From Anaeramoeba ignava BMAN (lineage: Eukaryota > Protista > Anaeramoebae): a DNA stretch of 64,000 nt. The stretch spans positions 682,001 to 746,000 of the forward strand of contig JAPDFW010000081.1 of assembly GCA_028826165.1 (NCBI GenBank). Direction: 5' to 3'. A model generated the notes under the pieces. It made no database searches. It was not told the DNA's origin and saw nothing but the letters and a program-made list of their open reading frames with translations. The translations under genes and the position numbers were made by a program. Positions 25,465 to 37,629 of this stretch are shown here, in pieces (position 1 is the first letter of the stretch; each line of letters starts with the position of its first letter).

Positions 25465-27735
25465 CTATTTTTCTTCATTTGATTCTTCTGTTGTTGAAGT
25501 TGTATCACCTTTATGATTTGAATTTTGTTCTTGATCTTGATTTTCTTCATCACTATCAATAATTCCAAAAGGATTATCATCAAAATCTCCAATCATTTCT
25601 TGATTAAATTGACTTCTTTTTAATAATGGATCATTTCTTATATTTTTGAATTAAATTATATTTTGATTAAATTATATATTTTGATTAAATTATATTTTTA
25701 AATTAAATTATATTTTTGAATTAAATTATATTTTTGAATTAAATTATATTTTGGAATTAAATTATATTTTTGAATTAAATTATATTTTTGAATTAAATTA
25801 TATTTTTGAATTAAATTATATTTTTGGATTAAATTATATTTTTGGATTAAATTATATTTTTGAATTAAATTATATTTTTGGATTAAATTATATTTTTGAA
25901 TTAAATTATATTTTTGAATTAAATTATATTTTTGAATTAAATTATATTTTTTGGATTAAATTATATTTTTGAATTAAATTATATTTTTTGAATTAAATTA
26001 TATTTTGGAATTAAATTATATATTTTGATTAAATTTATATTTTGAATTAAATTATATTTTTGGATTAAATTATATTTTGGATTAAATTATATTTTTGAAT
26101 TAAATTATATTTTTGGAATTAAATTATATTTTTGGAATTAAATTATATTTTTGAATTAAATTATATTTTTGAATTAAATTATATTTTTGAATTAAATTAT
26201 ATTTTTGAATTAAATTATATTTTTGAATTAAATTATATATTTGAATTAAATTATATTTTTGAATTAAATTATATTTTGATTAATTCTTTCTTAAAAAATT
26301 ACTTTGGATTTGATTTAAATTTAAGATAAATAAAAAGAGAATCTCTAATAATTCTCAATAAAAAGCATATTATTATCATTGTTTTTTCTCCACTTGATAA
26401 TGTTGCAAAATAAACAAACATTGATAAAATGCAAAAAATCATAACAATAAAATCGAATATATTTTGCAATGATTTCCAATATTCCTAAATCAATCAAAAA
26501 TTATAAATAAAATTATAAATTAAATTATAAATTAAATTATAAATAAAATTATAAATAAAATTATATAAATCAATCAAAAATTATAAATAAAATAATAAAT
26601 AAAATTATAAATTAAATTATAAATTAAATTATAAATTAAATTATAAATTAAATTATAAATAAAATTATAAATAAAATTATAAATAAAATTATAAATAAAA
26701 TTATAAATAAAATTATAAATTAAATTATAAATAAAATTATAAATAAAATTATAAATAAAAATTATAAATTAAATTATAAATAAAATTATAAAAAAAAAAT
26801 TATAAATAAAATTATAAATTAAAATTATAAATAAAAATATAAAATAAAAAAATAAATAAAATTATAAATAAAAAATAAATAAAATAATAAATTAAATTAT
26901 AAATAAAATTATAAATAAAATTATAAATAAAATTATAAATTAAATTATAAATTAAATTATAAATAAAATTATAAATTAAATTATAAATAAAATTATAAAT
27001 AAAATTATAAATAAAATTATAAATAAAATTATAAATAAAATTATAAATTAAATTATAAATTAAATTATAAATTAAATTATAAATAAAATTATAAATAAAA
27101 TTATAAATAAAATTATAAATTAAATTATAAATTAAATTATAAATAAAATTATAAATAAAATTATAAATAAAATTATAAATAAAATTATAAATTAAATTAT
27201 AAATTAAATTTTACAAACTAAATTACCATATTTTCATGACAAATTGTCACAGTATTATCAGAAACAATGATAACATTTAGCAATAAAAAGAAAAAAATAA
27301 AACCGCCAGATCTTGAACTAATAAGATAAATAGAGAAAAATAATAAATTTCTTTCATTTCCAAATAAATTTACAAAAAAAAAGACTGTTTTAAAAAGCAT
27401 ACGAAGAAGAAGCAATTGTCTAAATAAATTAAAATTAATATTAAAAAACGTTTTTTTATTTTTTGTAAATTTAATTGTGAAAAAATTTTATAAAAAAATA
27501 TAATCACCCAAATAAGTAATATTAAAGTTAAAAGTAAAGATAATGCTTCAATTAATATCCAGAATCTTTTTTGTTGAGTATTATACATAAAAAGACAACA
27601 TGCACCACTTGAAATTGGTTTTTTTTTCTGTTCATAAATCCATTCATCTTCATCCCCAAAAAGATTATTTTCTGAAGGAAGCGCTTCATCTTCATTATTA
27701 AAATTTTCATCTGAATTATTTTGTAATTGTGACAT
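25465..27735 (-). CDS. Four-TM voltage-sensor-like (Ion_trans S1-S4) protein without pore domain, 5 exons including a 17-nt microexon
   Basis: Spliced: ...LLTLILLIW|TIASSS|SRSGGFIFFFLLLNVIIVSDNTVTICHENM|EYWKSLQNIFDFIVMIFCILS...FLLRIIRDSLFIYLKFK..., then an acidic tail and TAG at 25465. 'YWKSLQNIFDFIV' matches the S2-S3 consensus YFxSxWNxFDFxV. Confidence 0.7.
25640..26280. repeat. 18-mer array GAATTAAATTATATTTTT (intronic)
   Basis: Directly visible; produces the spurious ELNYIF ORFs. Confidence 0.92.
26500..27210. repeat. 11-mer array AAATTATAAAT (intronic)
   Basis: Directly visible. Confidence 0.9.
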
Positions 27736-28019
27736 TATTTATTAAAAATTTTTTTTATTTTATTTTGTTTTGTTTTGTAAAAATAAAAGAAGAAAAAAAA
27801 AAGAAAAGAAGAAAAAAAAATGAAAAAAAAAAACGTTAAAAAAAGAAAAAGAAAAACAATTTAAAACTTTTTCTTTTATTTTCTTATTTTTATTTAATTC
27901 CATTTTTTTTTTTTAAATGATCAATTAATTTCATTTTTTTTCTTACATTTTTTTTTAAACAAACAAAACTAAAAACAAACAAAACAAAAAACAAAAAACA
28001 AATTTAAAAAATTTAAAAA

Positions 28020-31000
28020 ATGGGAAATGAAGGTTCATCAATAAGAAAAGTTAAAAAAAGTAAAGAAAAGAAATTAATAAAATTAATTCTTGAATCAAAA
28101 GAAGCAATTTTTCTTGCAAATTCTGAAGCGAAATTTATAGAAGCAAATCAACCCACTTTAAATTTATTTAAAGCAAAAAGAGAACAAATTATAAATACAG
28201 ATATTTCAAAAATTACCCCTGATAATCAACCTCATATGAATTTAACTTCAAAACAAGCTTTTGAATTCGTTTATAAACAAACTTATGAGTAATTTATTTA
28301 AAAAATATTTTTAAAAAAATTCTTAAATAATTTGTTTTTTGTTTTGTTTTTTTTTTTCTTATTTAATTTATTTAAAATTTGAGAAAATTATGAAAATTCG
28401 CAAAAAAAATGATTAAAAAAATTAAAAATAAAAATTACATTTAAATTTTACAATTAAGATCACAATTACATTTACAATCAAAAATTAAATTTAAATGAAA
28501 ATTAAAATAAAAATTAAAATTAAATTTACAATTAAAATTACATTTAAATTTTACAATTAAGATCACAATTACATTTACAATCAAAAATTAAAATTAAAAT
28601 TAAAATTAAAATTAAAATTAAAATTAAAATTATAATTAAAAATTAAAATTAAAATTAAAATTAAAATTAAAATTAAAATTAAAATTAAAATTAAAATTAA
28701 AATTAAAATTAAAATTAAAATTTACAATTAAAATTAAAATTAAAATAAAAATTAAAATTAAAAATAAAATTAAAATTAAAATTAAAAATAAAATAAAATT
28801 AAAATTAAAATTAAAATTAAAATTAATAATTAAAATCAAAAATTAAAATTAAAATTAATATTTAAAAGGAGTCAAACAGGTTTCTTTGAATTTAATTTTC
28901 AATATTTGGATACAGAAAAAAAACCCTTTTGGGTTCATGGATGGTCGATTCCTTTAAAAATAGGAGATAATTACTTCATTCAATCGGTATTAGTTCCAAT
29001 TGAAGAACCAGAAAAAGATCAAAATGAAAAGCTTCCAGAAAACATGTCATTATTAACAGCAAATCTTGATACATTTACTCAACATTCAGATATTTCAGAT
29101 GATAATTCAGCAAATGATATTGATTTTGGTGATTTCGAAGAAGTTTTAAAACCAGATTCATCAAATCAAGAAAATACTTCTCGATCTGAATTAACAACAT
29201 CAACAGATGATACTGAAAAAGAACCTCAACAACTTCCTTCTCCTTTTTTAAAGCGTGAAACACCAATAAGAACTTTTTCAAATCAAGAAAATTCATCTCC
29301 AATATCAAAAACTAAACCTGATAAAGCAATTCAAGGAATGACAAAATATTTTAAAAAAAGAGGAAATATAAATTCAAAATTAAAAGAATCAAAAATAAAA
29401 GAAAATGCTCCAAATCAAAAAAACAGTCCAAAAAAGGAAAGAGGAAGAACAAGAAAGAAAAATTCAAGAGCATTAAGAAATCAAATTCCTTTAAATGATC
29501 AAAATCAAAATCAAAATCAAAATCAAAATCAAAATCAAAATCAAAATCAAAACCAAAATCAAAATCAAAATCAAAATCAAAATCAAAATCAAACAGAAAA
29601 TGAATTAAAATCATTAAAAGAAAAATATGATAATTTAGAAAAGCAATTCAAAAAATTAAAATTCAAACATAAATTATTGAAAAATCAAGATTCAAGCAAA
29701 AAAACTTCAGATCCAGAAACATTTATTCTAAGATTAAAAGCAAAAACATCAGAAAATAATGAATTAAGATCGCAATTAAATGACCAAACATCAAGACTAG
29801 AGCAATTAGAAGAAGAGAATATCAAACTCAAAACTGAAGTTGGGAAATTAAGATCAGAAAAAGAAGATGGAATGTCAACTTTACTGAATAAATTGAATCA
29901 AATTCGAAGTAAAGAAAAGGAGAAAACAAGTGAAAACAATCAACTTAGATCTGAAAATATTGAACTAACAAAACGTATTGAAGAACAAGATGCAAAAATT
30001 CAACAACTTGAAGAAGAAGCAAAATCTTCACATGAAACTCGAGAAAAAATTGCACTTGAAAAAAGTGAATTGAGTTCAGATTTTCAAGAGAAATTAAATT
30101 TACTTCGTTCACAACTTAAAGAAAGAGTAGCAGAAAATAATCAATTAAGATTAGAATTAAATAATCTTAAATCAGAAGCTGAAAAAAATCTTGAACAAAA
30201 AAATAATTCAACTCAAGAATCAAAAGCAATTTTTGAAGAAAATGAAAATTTAAAACAAAAATATGAAATTTTAAACACAAAAATTCTTGACTTAGAAAAT
30301 GAGAATAAAAAATTCAAAGAAGAACTCGAAACACTTAAATCAATTGATCAACAATACACAAATCTTTCTCATAAGCATCAAGAAATGTCAAATGAAAATC
30401 ATGATCTCAAAACTGAAGTTGAAGAAGTTCGAAAAATTCTTTGGGGATTTCATACAAAAACCTCAAATTATTTCCATTATGATTCATCTGAATATGATGT
30501 TTCAGATGATTCAGAAGTAAAATCAAATCAAAAATCAAAATTAAAATTCATTTATAAAATCAAAATTAAAATTAAAATTCATTTAATAAAATTAAAATTA
30601 AAATTAAAATTAAAATTAAAATTAAAATTAAAATTCATTTTAAAATTAAAATTAAAATTCATTTTAAAATTAAAATTAAAATTCATTTTAAAATTAAAAT
30701 TAAAATTCATTTATAAAATTAAAATTAAAATTAAAATTAAAATTAAAATTAAAATTAAATTTAAAATTCATTTATAAAATTAAAATTAAAATTCATTTAT
30801 AAAATTAAAATTAAAATTCATTTATAAAATCAAAATTAAAATTCATTTTGAAAATTAAAATTAAAATTAAAATTAAAATTTATTTATAAAATTAAAATCA
30901 AAATTATAATTAAAATTTAGTCTGATCAAAGTTCTGAATTTGAAGAATTAAGAAAAAGAAGAGCTCAAAATATTGGTTTATCTCAAACTCATAGAAGAAG

Positions 31001-33099
31001 CTATTCTCCATATTCAAAACTTATTAAAACTCATTCTGGAGAAAATTTTCATCATCCAAAACAACCCCAAAAGTAAGAAAAAACATATGTTATAATTTTT
31101 TAATTCCCTTCTTTTTTAATTCTGTTTTTTTAGAAGAAGCATTAGTGAATCTGAATTATCAATGCATTCAAGTGAAAATGTAAAAGAATTTTCTTTTTTT
31201 TTCTTTTGTGGAAAATGATCAAATTTAATTCAAAATATTTATGAAAAAAAAAAACAAAAAATTTATTTGATTAATTTTTAGTTGGAAAATCAAGAAAAAC
31301 AAAAGAAATTGAAACAATTGATGATTTACTTAAAATACCACTTGCAATTGATTATTTTAAAGAATTTTTAAGTCAACAACTTAATAGTGAAAATCTATCA
31401 TTTTATCTTGAAGTTGAAGAATTTAAAAAAATACCAACAATGAAGGTATTTTTTTTTCCAAAAAACATGAAAATCTAAAAAATTTCAAAAACATGAAATG
31501 AAAAATATTTTAAATAATTTAGGAACTTGGAGAAAGAGCAGTAATTATATATGAAAAATTTGTTAAACCAGAATCATTATTTGAAATTAATATTGATTCG
31601 AAAAATCGAGAACAATTAATTCAAATGATTTCAGATTCTCAATATTCTCATAATATGTTTGATAAAGCTGAAGATATTGTTATAAAACACATGGCATATA
31701 ACTCATTTGAACCATTTAAAGCAACTGAATTATTTAAAACGTTAATGAAAAAATTAAATTCAGATACAGAAAGACAATATGATACAATCAAAATTGTATT
31801 TATTATTTTTACAAACAATTAATTTTATTTTAAATTTTGATTTATTATTTTAAATTTTAAAAAAAGGGAACTTTAATTTGGAAAAAACAAAATATTGGGT
31901 TATTAAATTCAGGTTTAAGATTTGAAGGAACACCAAGAAAACCTACTAAAGTTGCAAGTGAATTACTTAATGCACTTATTCAAATGTTAAATGCTAATTA
32001 TTCTATAAATTCTGAACAAATTAATTGTGATTCTTTATCTCATACAATTTCATTTAGAAGATTTGTTATATCAACTTATGAACTTCAACAAGTACAATTT
32101 TAATTCAAAATTTATTTCAAAATTTATTTCAAAATTTATTTCAAAATTCATTTCAAAATTCATTTCAAAATTTATTTCAAAATTCATTTCAAAATTCATT
32201 TCAAAATTATTTCAAAATTTAATTCAAAATTCATTTCAAAATTTAATTCAAAATTCATTTCAAAATTCATTTCAAAATTCATTTCAAAATTTATTTCAAA
32301 ATTTAATTCAAAATTCATTTCAAAATTTAAATTCATTTCAAAATTTATTTAAAATTCATTTCAAAATTTAAATTCATTTCAAAATTAAAATTAATAGGTT
32401 GATTTAGAATCAGTTGATAACGTTGAATTATTCCTTTTCTTCTTAAATATTTATAATATATTATTTATTCATTCACTTATTTCAAGAGGAGAACCAACAG
32501 AAAAATTAGCACAAACAAAATTTTTCACTGAAAATAAATATATAATTTCTTCACAAGAATTTTCGTTATTAGATATTCGAAATGGAATTTTACTTGGAAA
32601 TATAAATCCTAAAAATAAAAATACTCAAGAAAAATATTTCAAACAAAATGATCCAAGAGAAAAATATATTTCAACAATTAAAGATAATAGAGTCATATTT
32701 AGTTTACTTTCTTTAAGAGAAATTAATCCTCCTTTAAAAGTATTTTCAAAAGAAAATTATTCAGAACAATTAAATAATTGTGTCGAATATTTCTTAATGA
32801 AAAATGTTCAAATTGATGAAAAACAAAAAAAGGTAAATTAAAATTCATTTCGAAAATTAAAATTAAAATTTAAATTAAAATTCAATTTAAAAAAATAGAT
32901 TATTCTTCCAAAAATTTTTCTTGAATTTGGATCTGAATTTGGTCAAAATCGTTTAGAAATTGTTCAATGGATTTCAAATTTCTTAATTGATTCAGAATCA
33001 TTTCCACATGAAAATTGGAATACTTATACAACTAAATTTCAAAGAATTAAAACAATTCCAACACTTACTTTTGATTCAAATTATCAATTTTACAAATAA
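28020..33099 (+). CDS. N-myristoylated PAS / coiled-coil / RGS / DUF547-like multidomain protein, ~9 exons
   Basis: MGNEGS start. PAS 'ILESKEAIFLANSEAKFIEANQPTLNLF...KPFWVHGW'. Long coiled coil. RGS 'IDDLLKIPLAIDYFKEFLSQQLNSENLSFYLEVEEFK...IYEKFVKPESLFEINIDS'. DUF547 'FFLNIYNILFIHS...PPLKVF...IILPKIF'. One junction (~31170-31282) needs either an alternative GT donor or a 1-nt correction. Confidence 0.78.
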
Positions 33100-33298
33100 T
33101 TTTAAATTTCAAAAAAAAAAAAACAAATTTGTATTTTTTAAAAATCAAACAATTTCTTTGATTTTTCTTCAATTCTCTTTTTTTTATTCCTTTCTTTTAT
33201 TCTTTTCTTTTTCTTTTTATTGTTGAAATTGATTTATTTTCTTAATAAAAATCAAAAATCAAAAATTAAAAATTCATTTTTTTCTTTTTTAAAATAAA

Positions 33299-34087
33299 AT
33301 GCAATCAAAAAATTCAAAATTAGAAGGAATTCAAACTTTAATGATAATTCTTTTAGTTGGTTTTTTCATAAATAGATTAATTAATTCATTTGCTTATCCT
33401 TTTCTAAATAGTTTTGAAGCTAAAAATTTAATTGGATTATTAGTTATTATTTCTGTTCAAACAATTGAATTGTTAATTTGTTTTTGGATTTGGAAAAATA
33501 GAGAAAATAAACAATTTGAAGAAACAAATTTTGGACAAATTGAATCAATTCTGAATAAACTAGCAATTTTTGAACAAATTTTATTAATAATCAAGGGTTT
33601 TTATGATCCACTAATTTTACATTTTCAAGCTTATTTATTAACAATAATTCCTTTTACAATTTTCGTTTTATTAATTGTTTACTTTCCAAAACAAAAAGAA
33701 CCATCAACAAAAACTGAAAAGAAATGGTGTTTTTCTCATTCAATGAAATTTGCTTATTTGGTTCTTGTTTTTGTGATTCAATCCATAATTGTTTCTTTTG
33801 TGATTTTATTTTCTTGGAATCATACAAATTCTCAAATGTTTAAAAATTTTGCAAAAAATGCAATTAAGTCTGGTTTTTTAAATTGGATTTTATTACTTTT
33901 CTCTTTTATTATTGTAAATTTATTCAATGTTTTGGCAACAAAATTTGATGAAGTTTTTGCAAGAAAAAAAACTAAAAAATGGATTATAATTTTGAATTTA
34001 ATAATTTCTTTTATTTCTTTATTTTCTTCAATTCCTCAAATTGCTTTATTTTCATTTGTTATTTCAATTCTTTATAGATTTACTTAA
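33299..34087 (+). CDS. Hypothetical polytopic membrane protein (~7 hydrophobic segments)
   Basis: Intronless 262-aa ORF with alternating hydrophobic helices, an upstream TCATTTT motif, and AATAAA overlapping the stop. Confidence 0.7.
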   Translation: MQSKNSKLEGIQTLMIILLVGFFINRLINSFAYPFLNSFEAKNLIGLLVIISVQTIELLICFWIWKNRENKQFEETNFGQIESILNKLAIFEQILLIIKGFYDPLILHFQAYLLTIIPFTIFVLLIVYFPKQKEPSTKTEKKWCFSHSMKFAYLVLVFVIQSIIVSFVILFSWNHTNSQMFKNFAKNAIKSGFLNWILLLFSFIIVNLFNVLATKFDEVFARKKTKKWIIILNLIISFISLFSSIPQIALFSFVISILYRFT

Positions 34088-34282
34088 TAAAAATTAATAG
34101 AAATTTAAATTTAAATTTAAATCTTTTGGATTTATTTTTTTGTAAAAGAATTAGAATTATTTTTTGAAAAGAAAGAAAAAAAAAAAAGAATTATTTTTTG
34201 AAAAAGAAAAATGAAAAAAAAAAAATTGGAATTAATCAAGAAAGAAAAAAAAAATGGAAACCAACAAAAGAATTTATGAGTT

Positions 34283-35583
34283 TCACATCATAAGACAACC
34301 TTTTTTCTTTTTTCCAGTTTGACCTGCAGTTGGTCCAGAAGGATCAACAGCTCTTCTTTTACGAATTTCTCTAACACATTGAGCAAAAGATTCTTCAATA
34401 TTAATCTAATAAAATCAAAATTAAAATTAAAATTAAAATTAAAATTAAAAATAAAATCAAAATTAAATCAAAATTAAATCAAAATTAAATTAAATCAAAA
34501 TAAAATCAAAATTAAATCAAATCAAAATAAAATCAAAATTAAATCAAAAATAAATCAAATTAAAATTAAATTAAAATTAAATTAAATTAAAATAAAATTA
34601 AATTAAATCAAAATTAAATTAAAATCAAAATTAAATCAAATTAAAATTAAATTAAAATAAAATTAAATTAAATCAAAATTAAATCAAAATTAAATCAAAA
34701 TTAAATTAAATCAAAATTAAATCAAAATTAAATTAAAATTAAAATCAAAATTAAATTAAAATACTTACAACATTCTTTGCAGATGTTTCAAGAAATGGAT
34801 ATCCATATGATTTTGCTAAATCTTGTCCTTCTTTCTTTTGTTACTTGTTGATCACCTTTTGGTAAATCACATTTGTTAGCTAATAATACAATTGGGACAT
34901 CATCATCATCTTTTGCTCGAATAATTTCATCTCGAAATTCTCCAATTTCTTCAAATGATTTTCGATTATCACATGCATATACAAGAAGAAATCCATCACC
35001 ATTTTGAAAGTGATGGGATCTTAAACTTGAATATTCTTCTTGTCCAGCTAATTATTTTAAAAATATAAATTTAAATTAAAATTAAAATTAAAATTAAAAT
35101 TCATTTATAAAATTAAAATTTTAAAATTAAAATTAAGCAGTTAAAATTTTATAAAATTAAAATTAAATTTAAAATTAAATTTAAAATTAAAATTAAAATT
35201 AAATTTAAAATTATAATTAAAATTATAATTAAAATTAAAATTAAAATTCATTTATAAAATTAAAATTAAAAATTAAAATTAAAATTAAAATTAAAATTAA
35301 AATTCATTTATATAATTAAAATTAAAATTAAAATTAAAATTAAAATTAAATAAAAAAATGAAAATGGTAAATGAAGTTTGAATTTAAAAAAAAAAAATTT
35401 ACCTGTATCTAAAATATCGAGATAAGCAACTTCATTATCAACAAAAATATGTTTTTTATAACATTCTTCAATTGTAGGATCATAATCTCTAATAAATTGT
35501 TGTGAGATAAATTGAAGTGTAATTGCTGATTTTCCAACACTTCCTGGTCCTGCTATAACTACTTGATATTTATGTTCTCCCAT
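34283..35583 (-). CDS. RAS: Ras-family small GTPase, 3 exons, one apparent +1 frameshift near 34835
   Basis: G1 GPGSVGKS, effector [11 protein letters not shown]|AGQEEY, NKCDL, ETSAK, and C-terminal KKKKGCLMM* (polybasic + CaaX). Confidence 0.92.
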
Positions 35584-35874
35584 TTTTATATTTTAATTTT
35601 TTTAATTTTTTTAATTTTGTTTTTGTTTTAAAAAAAAAATAACACAAAAAAATAAGTTTTTTTTTTAAAAAAAAAAATGAAAAATGAAAATAGAAATTTT
35701 AAATTAAAAAATTTTTTTTTAAACCCTTTTTTTTAAATTAAAATTTTCTTTGTTCTCAAAAAAATCAGAAGAAAGAAAATTTTTCTTTTTTTTTTTAATT
35801 AAAAAATTTTTTTTTTTCTTCTTTCTTTTTTTTTATTTAAGATCTTTAAATTATTTTTGATAGAATTTAATTAA

Positions 35875-36625
35875 AATTTTAATTAAAAATATTTCAATAA
35901 ATTTATTCCATTTTAATCCAAATTAAAATATTTCAATTTAATCTCTATTTATATTTAATTTAATTTTAATTAAAAATATTTCAATAAATTTATTCCATTT
36001 TAATCCAAATTAAAATATTTCAATTTAATCTCTATTTATATTTAATTTAATTTTAATTAAAAATATTTCAATAAATTTATTCCATTTTAATCCAAATTAA
36101 AATATTTCAATTTAATCTCTATTTAAATTTAATTAAATTTTTAATTAAAAATATTTCAATAAATTTATTCCATTTTAATTCAAATTAAAATATTTCAATT
36201 TAATCTATATTTATATTTAATTTAATTTTTAATTAAAAATATTTCAATAAATTTATTCTATTTTTAATCCAAATCAAAATATTTCAATTTAATCTCTATT
36301 TATATTTAATTTTAATTTTAATTAAAAATATTTCAATAAATTTATTCCATTTTAATCCAAATTAAAATATTTCAATTTAATCTCTATTTATATTTAATTT
36401 AATTTTAATTAAAAATATTTCAATAAATTTATTCCATTTTAATCCAAATTAAAATATTTCAATTTAATCTCTATTTATATTTAATTTAATTTTAATTAAA
36501 AATATTTCAATAAATTTATTCCATTTTAATCCAAATTAAAATATTTCAATTTAATCTCTATTTTTATTTAATTTAATTTTAATTAAAAATATTTCAATAA
36601 ATTTATTCCATTTTAATTCAAATTA
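35875..36625. repeat. 87-bp tandem repeat, ~8.5 copies, intergenic
   Basis: ATTAAAAATATTTCAATAAATTTATTCC recurs at 35882, 35969 and onward. Confidence 0.9.
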
Positions 36626-37629
36626 AATTATTTTTATTCCACTTTTTGTTTATTTTTATTTATTTTGTTTAAATTTTTAAAAAAAACAATTTGATTAAAC
36701 TTTTAAAAAGGAAAAACAAATGATATCTTTTTATAAAAATAAAATTTAAATGGGTTTTTGGGTTTTTTTTGGTTTTAAATTGGGTTTTAAATTGGTTTTA
36801 AATTGGGTTTTAAATTGGATTTTAAAAATATTTTTTAAATTTATTTTTAAATTTATTTTAATTCAAATTAAAAATATTTGGTTTTAATCTCTATTTAAAT
36901 TGGTTTTTAATTTTGATTTTTAAATGGCTTTAAATGTTTTAAAATATTTTAAATTTAATCTCTATTTTTAAATTTAATTTAAATTTTTTTTAAAAATTTT
37001 AAATTGGGTTTTAAATTTATTTTTATTTTAATTGGGTTTTAAATTGGTTTTTGAAATTGATTTTAAAGGTTTTAATTGATTTTTTTATTTATTTTTTGGT
37101 TTTAATTTTAATTTTAAAAATATTTAAATAAATTGGTTTTCTGATTTTAAATTGAAATTAAAATGTTTTTAAATTGATTTTAATCTGGTTTTTAATTTAA
37201 TTTTAAATGATTTTAAATTGGTTTTAAAAATATTTTTAAATAAATTTATTCTATTTTAAATTGGTTTTTAAATTAAATATTTCAATTTAATCTCTATTTA
37301 TATTTAATTTAAATTTTAATTAAAATATTTTAAATTGATTTAAATTGATTTTAAATTAGTTTTTAAATTGGTTTTAAATTTATTTATATTTAATTTAAAT
37401 TTTAATTTAAAATATTTTCAATAATTTTATTCCATTTTAAATTGGTTTTAAATTGGTTTTTAAATTATTTTTAATTCCACTTTTTGTTTTATTTTTATTT
37501 TAAATTTTGTTTTTAAATTTAAAAAGTGGTTTTAAATTGGGTTTTAAATTGATTTTAATTTTTTACTTTGAATTAAAAAGGAAAAACAAATGATATCTTT
37601 TTTAAAAAGAAGAAAAAGGAATTGAAATT

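Noticed and set aside
34835-34844. 10-nt GT-AG mini-intron fixing the Ras frameshift
   Set aside because: Too short compared with the other introns here (about 55 nt or more) and it would delete a conserved Val. A 1-nt error is simpler.
35875-36625. CRISPR-like array
   Set aside because: The units are contiguous with no unique spacers; eukaryotic context with no cas genes.
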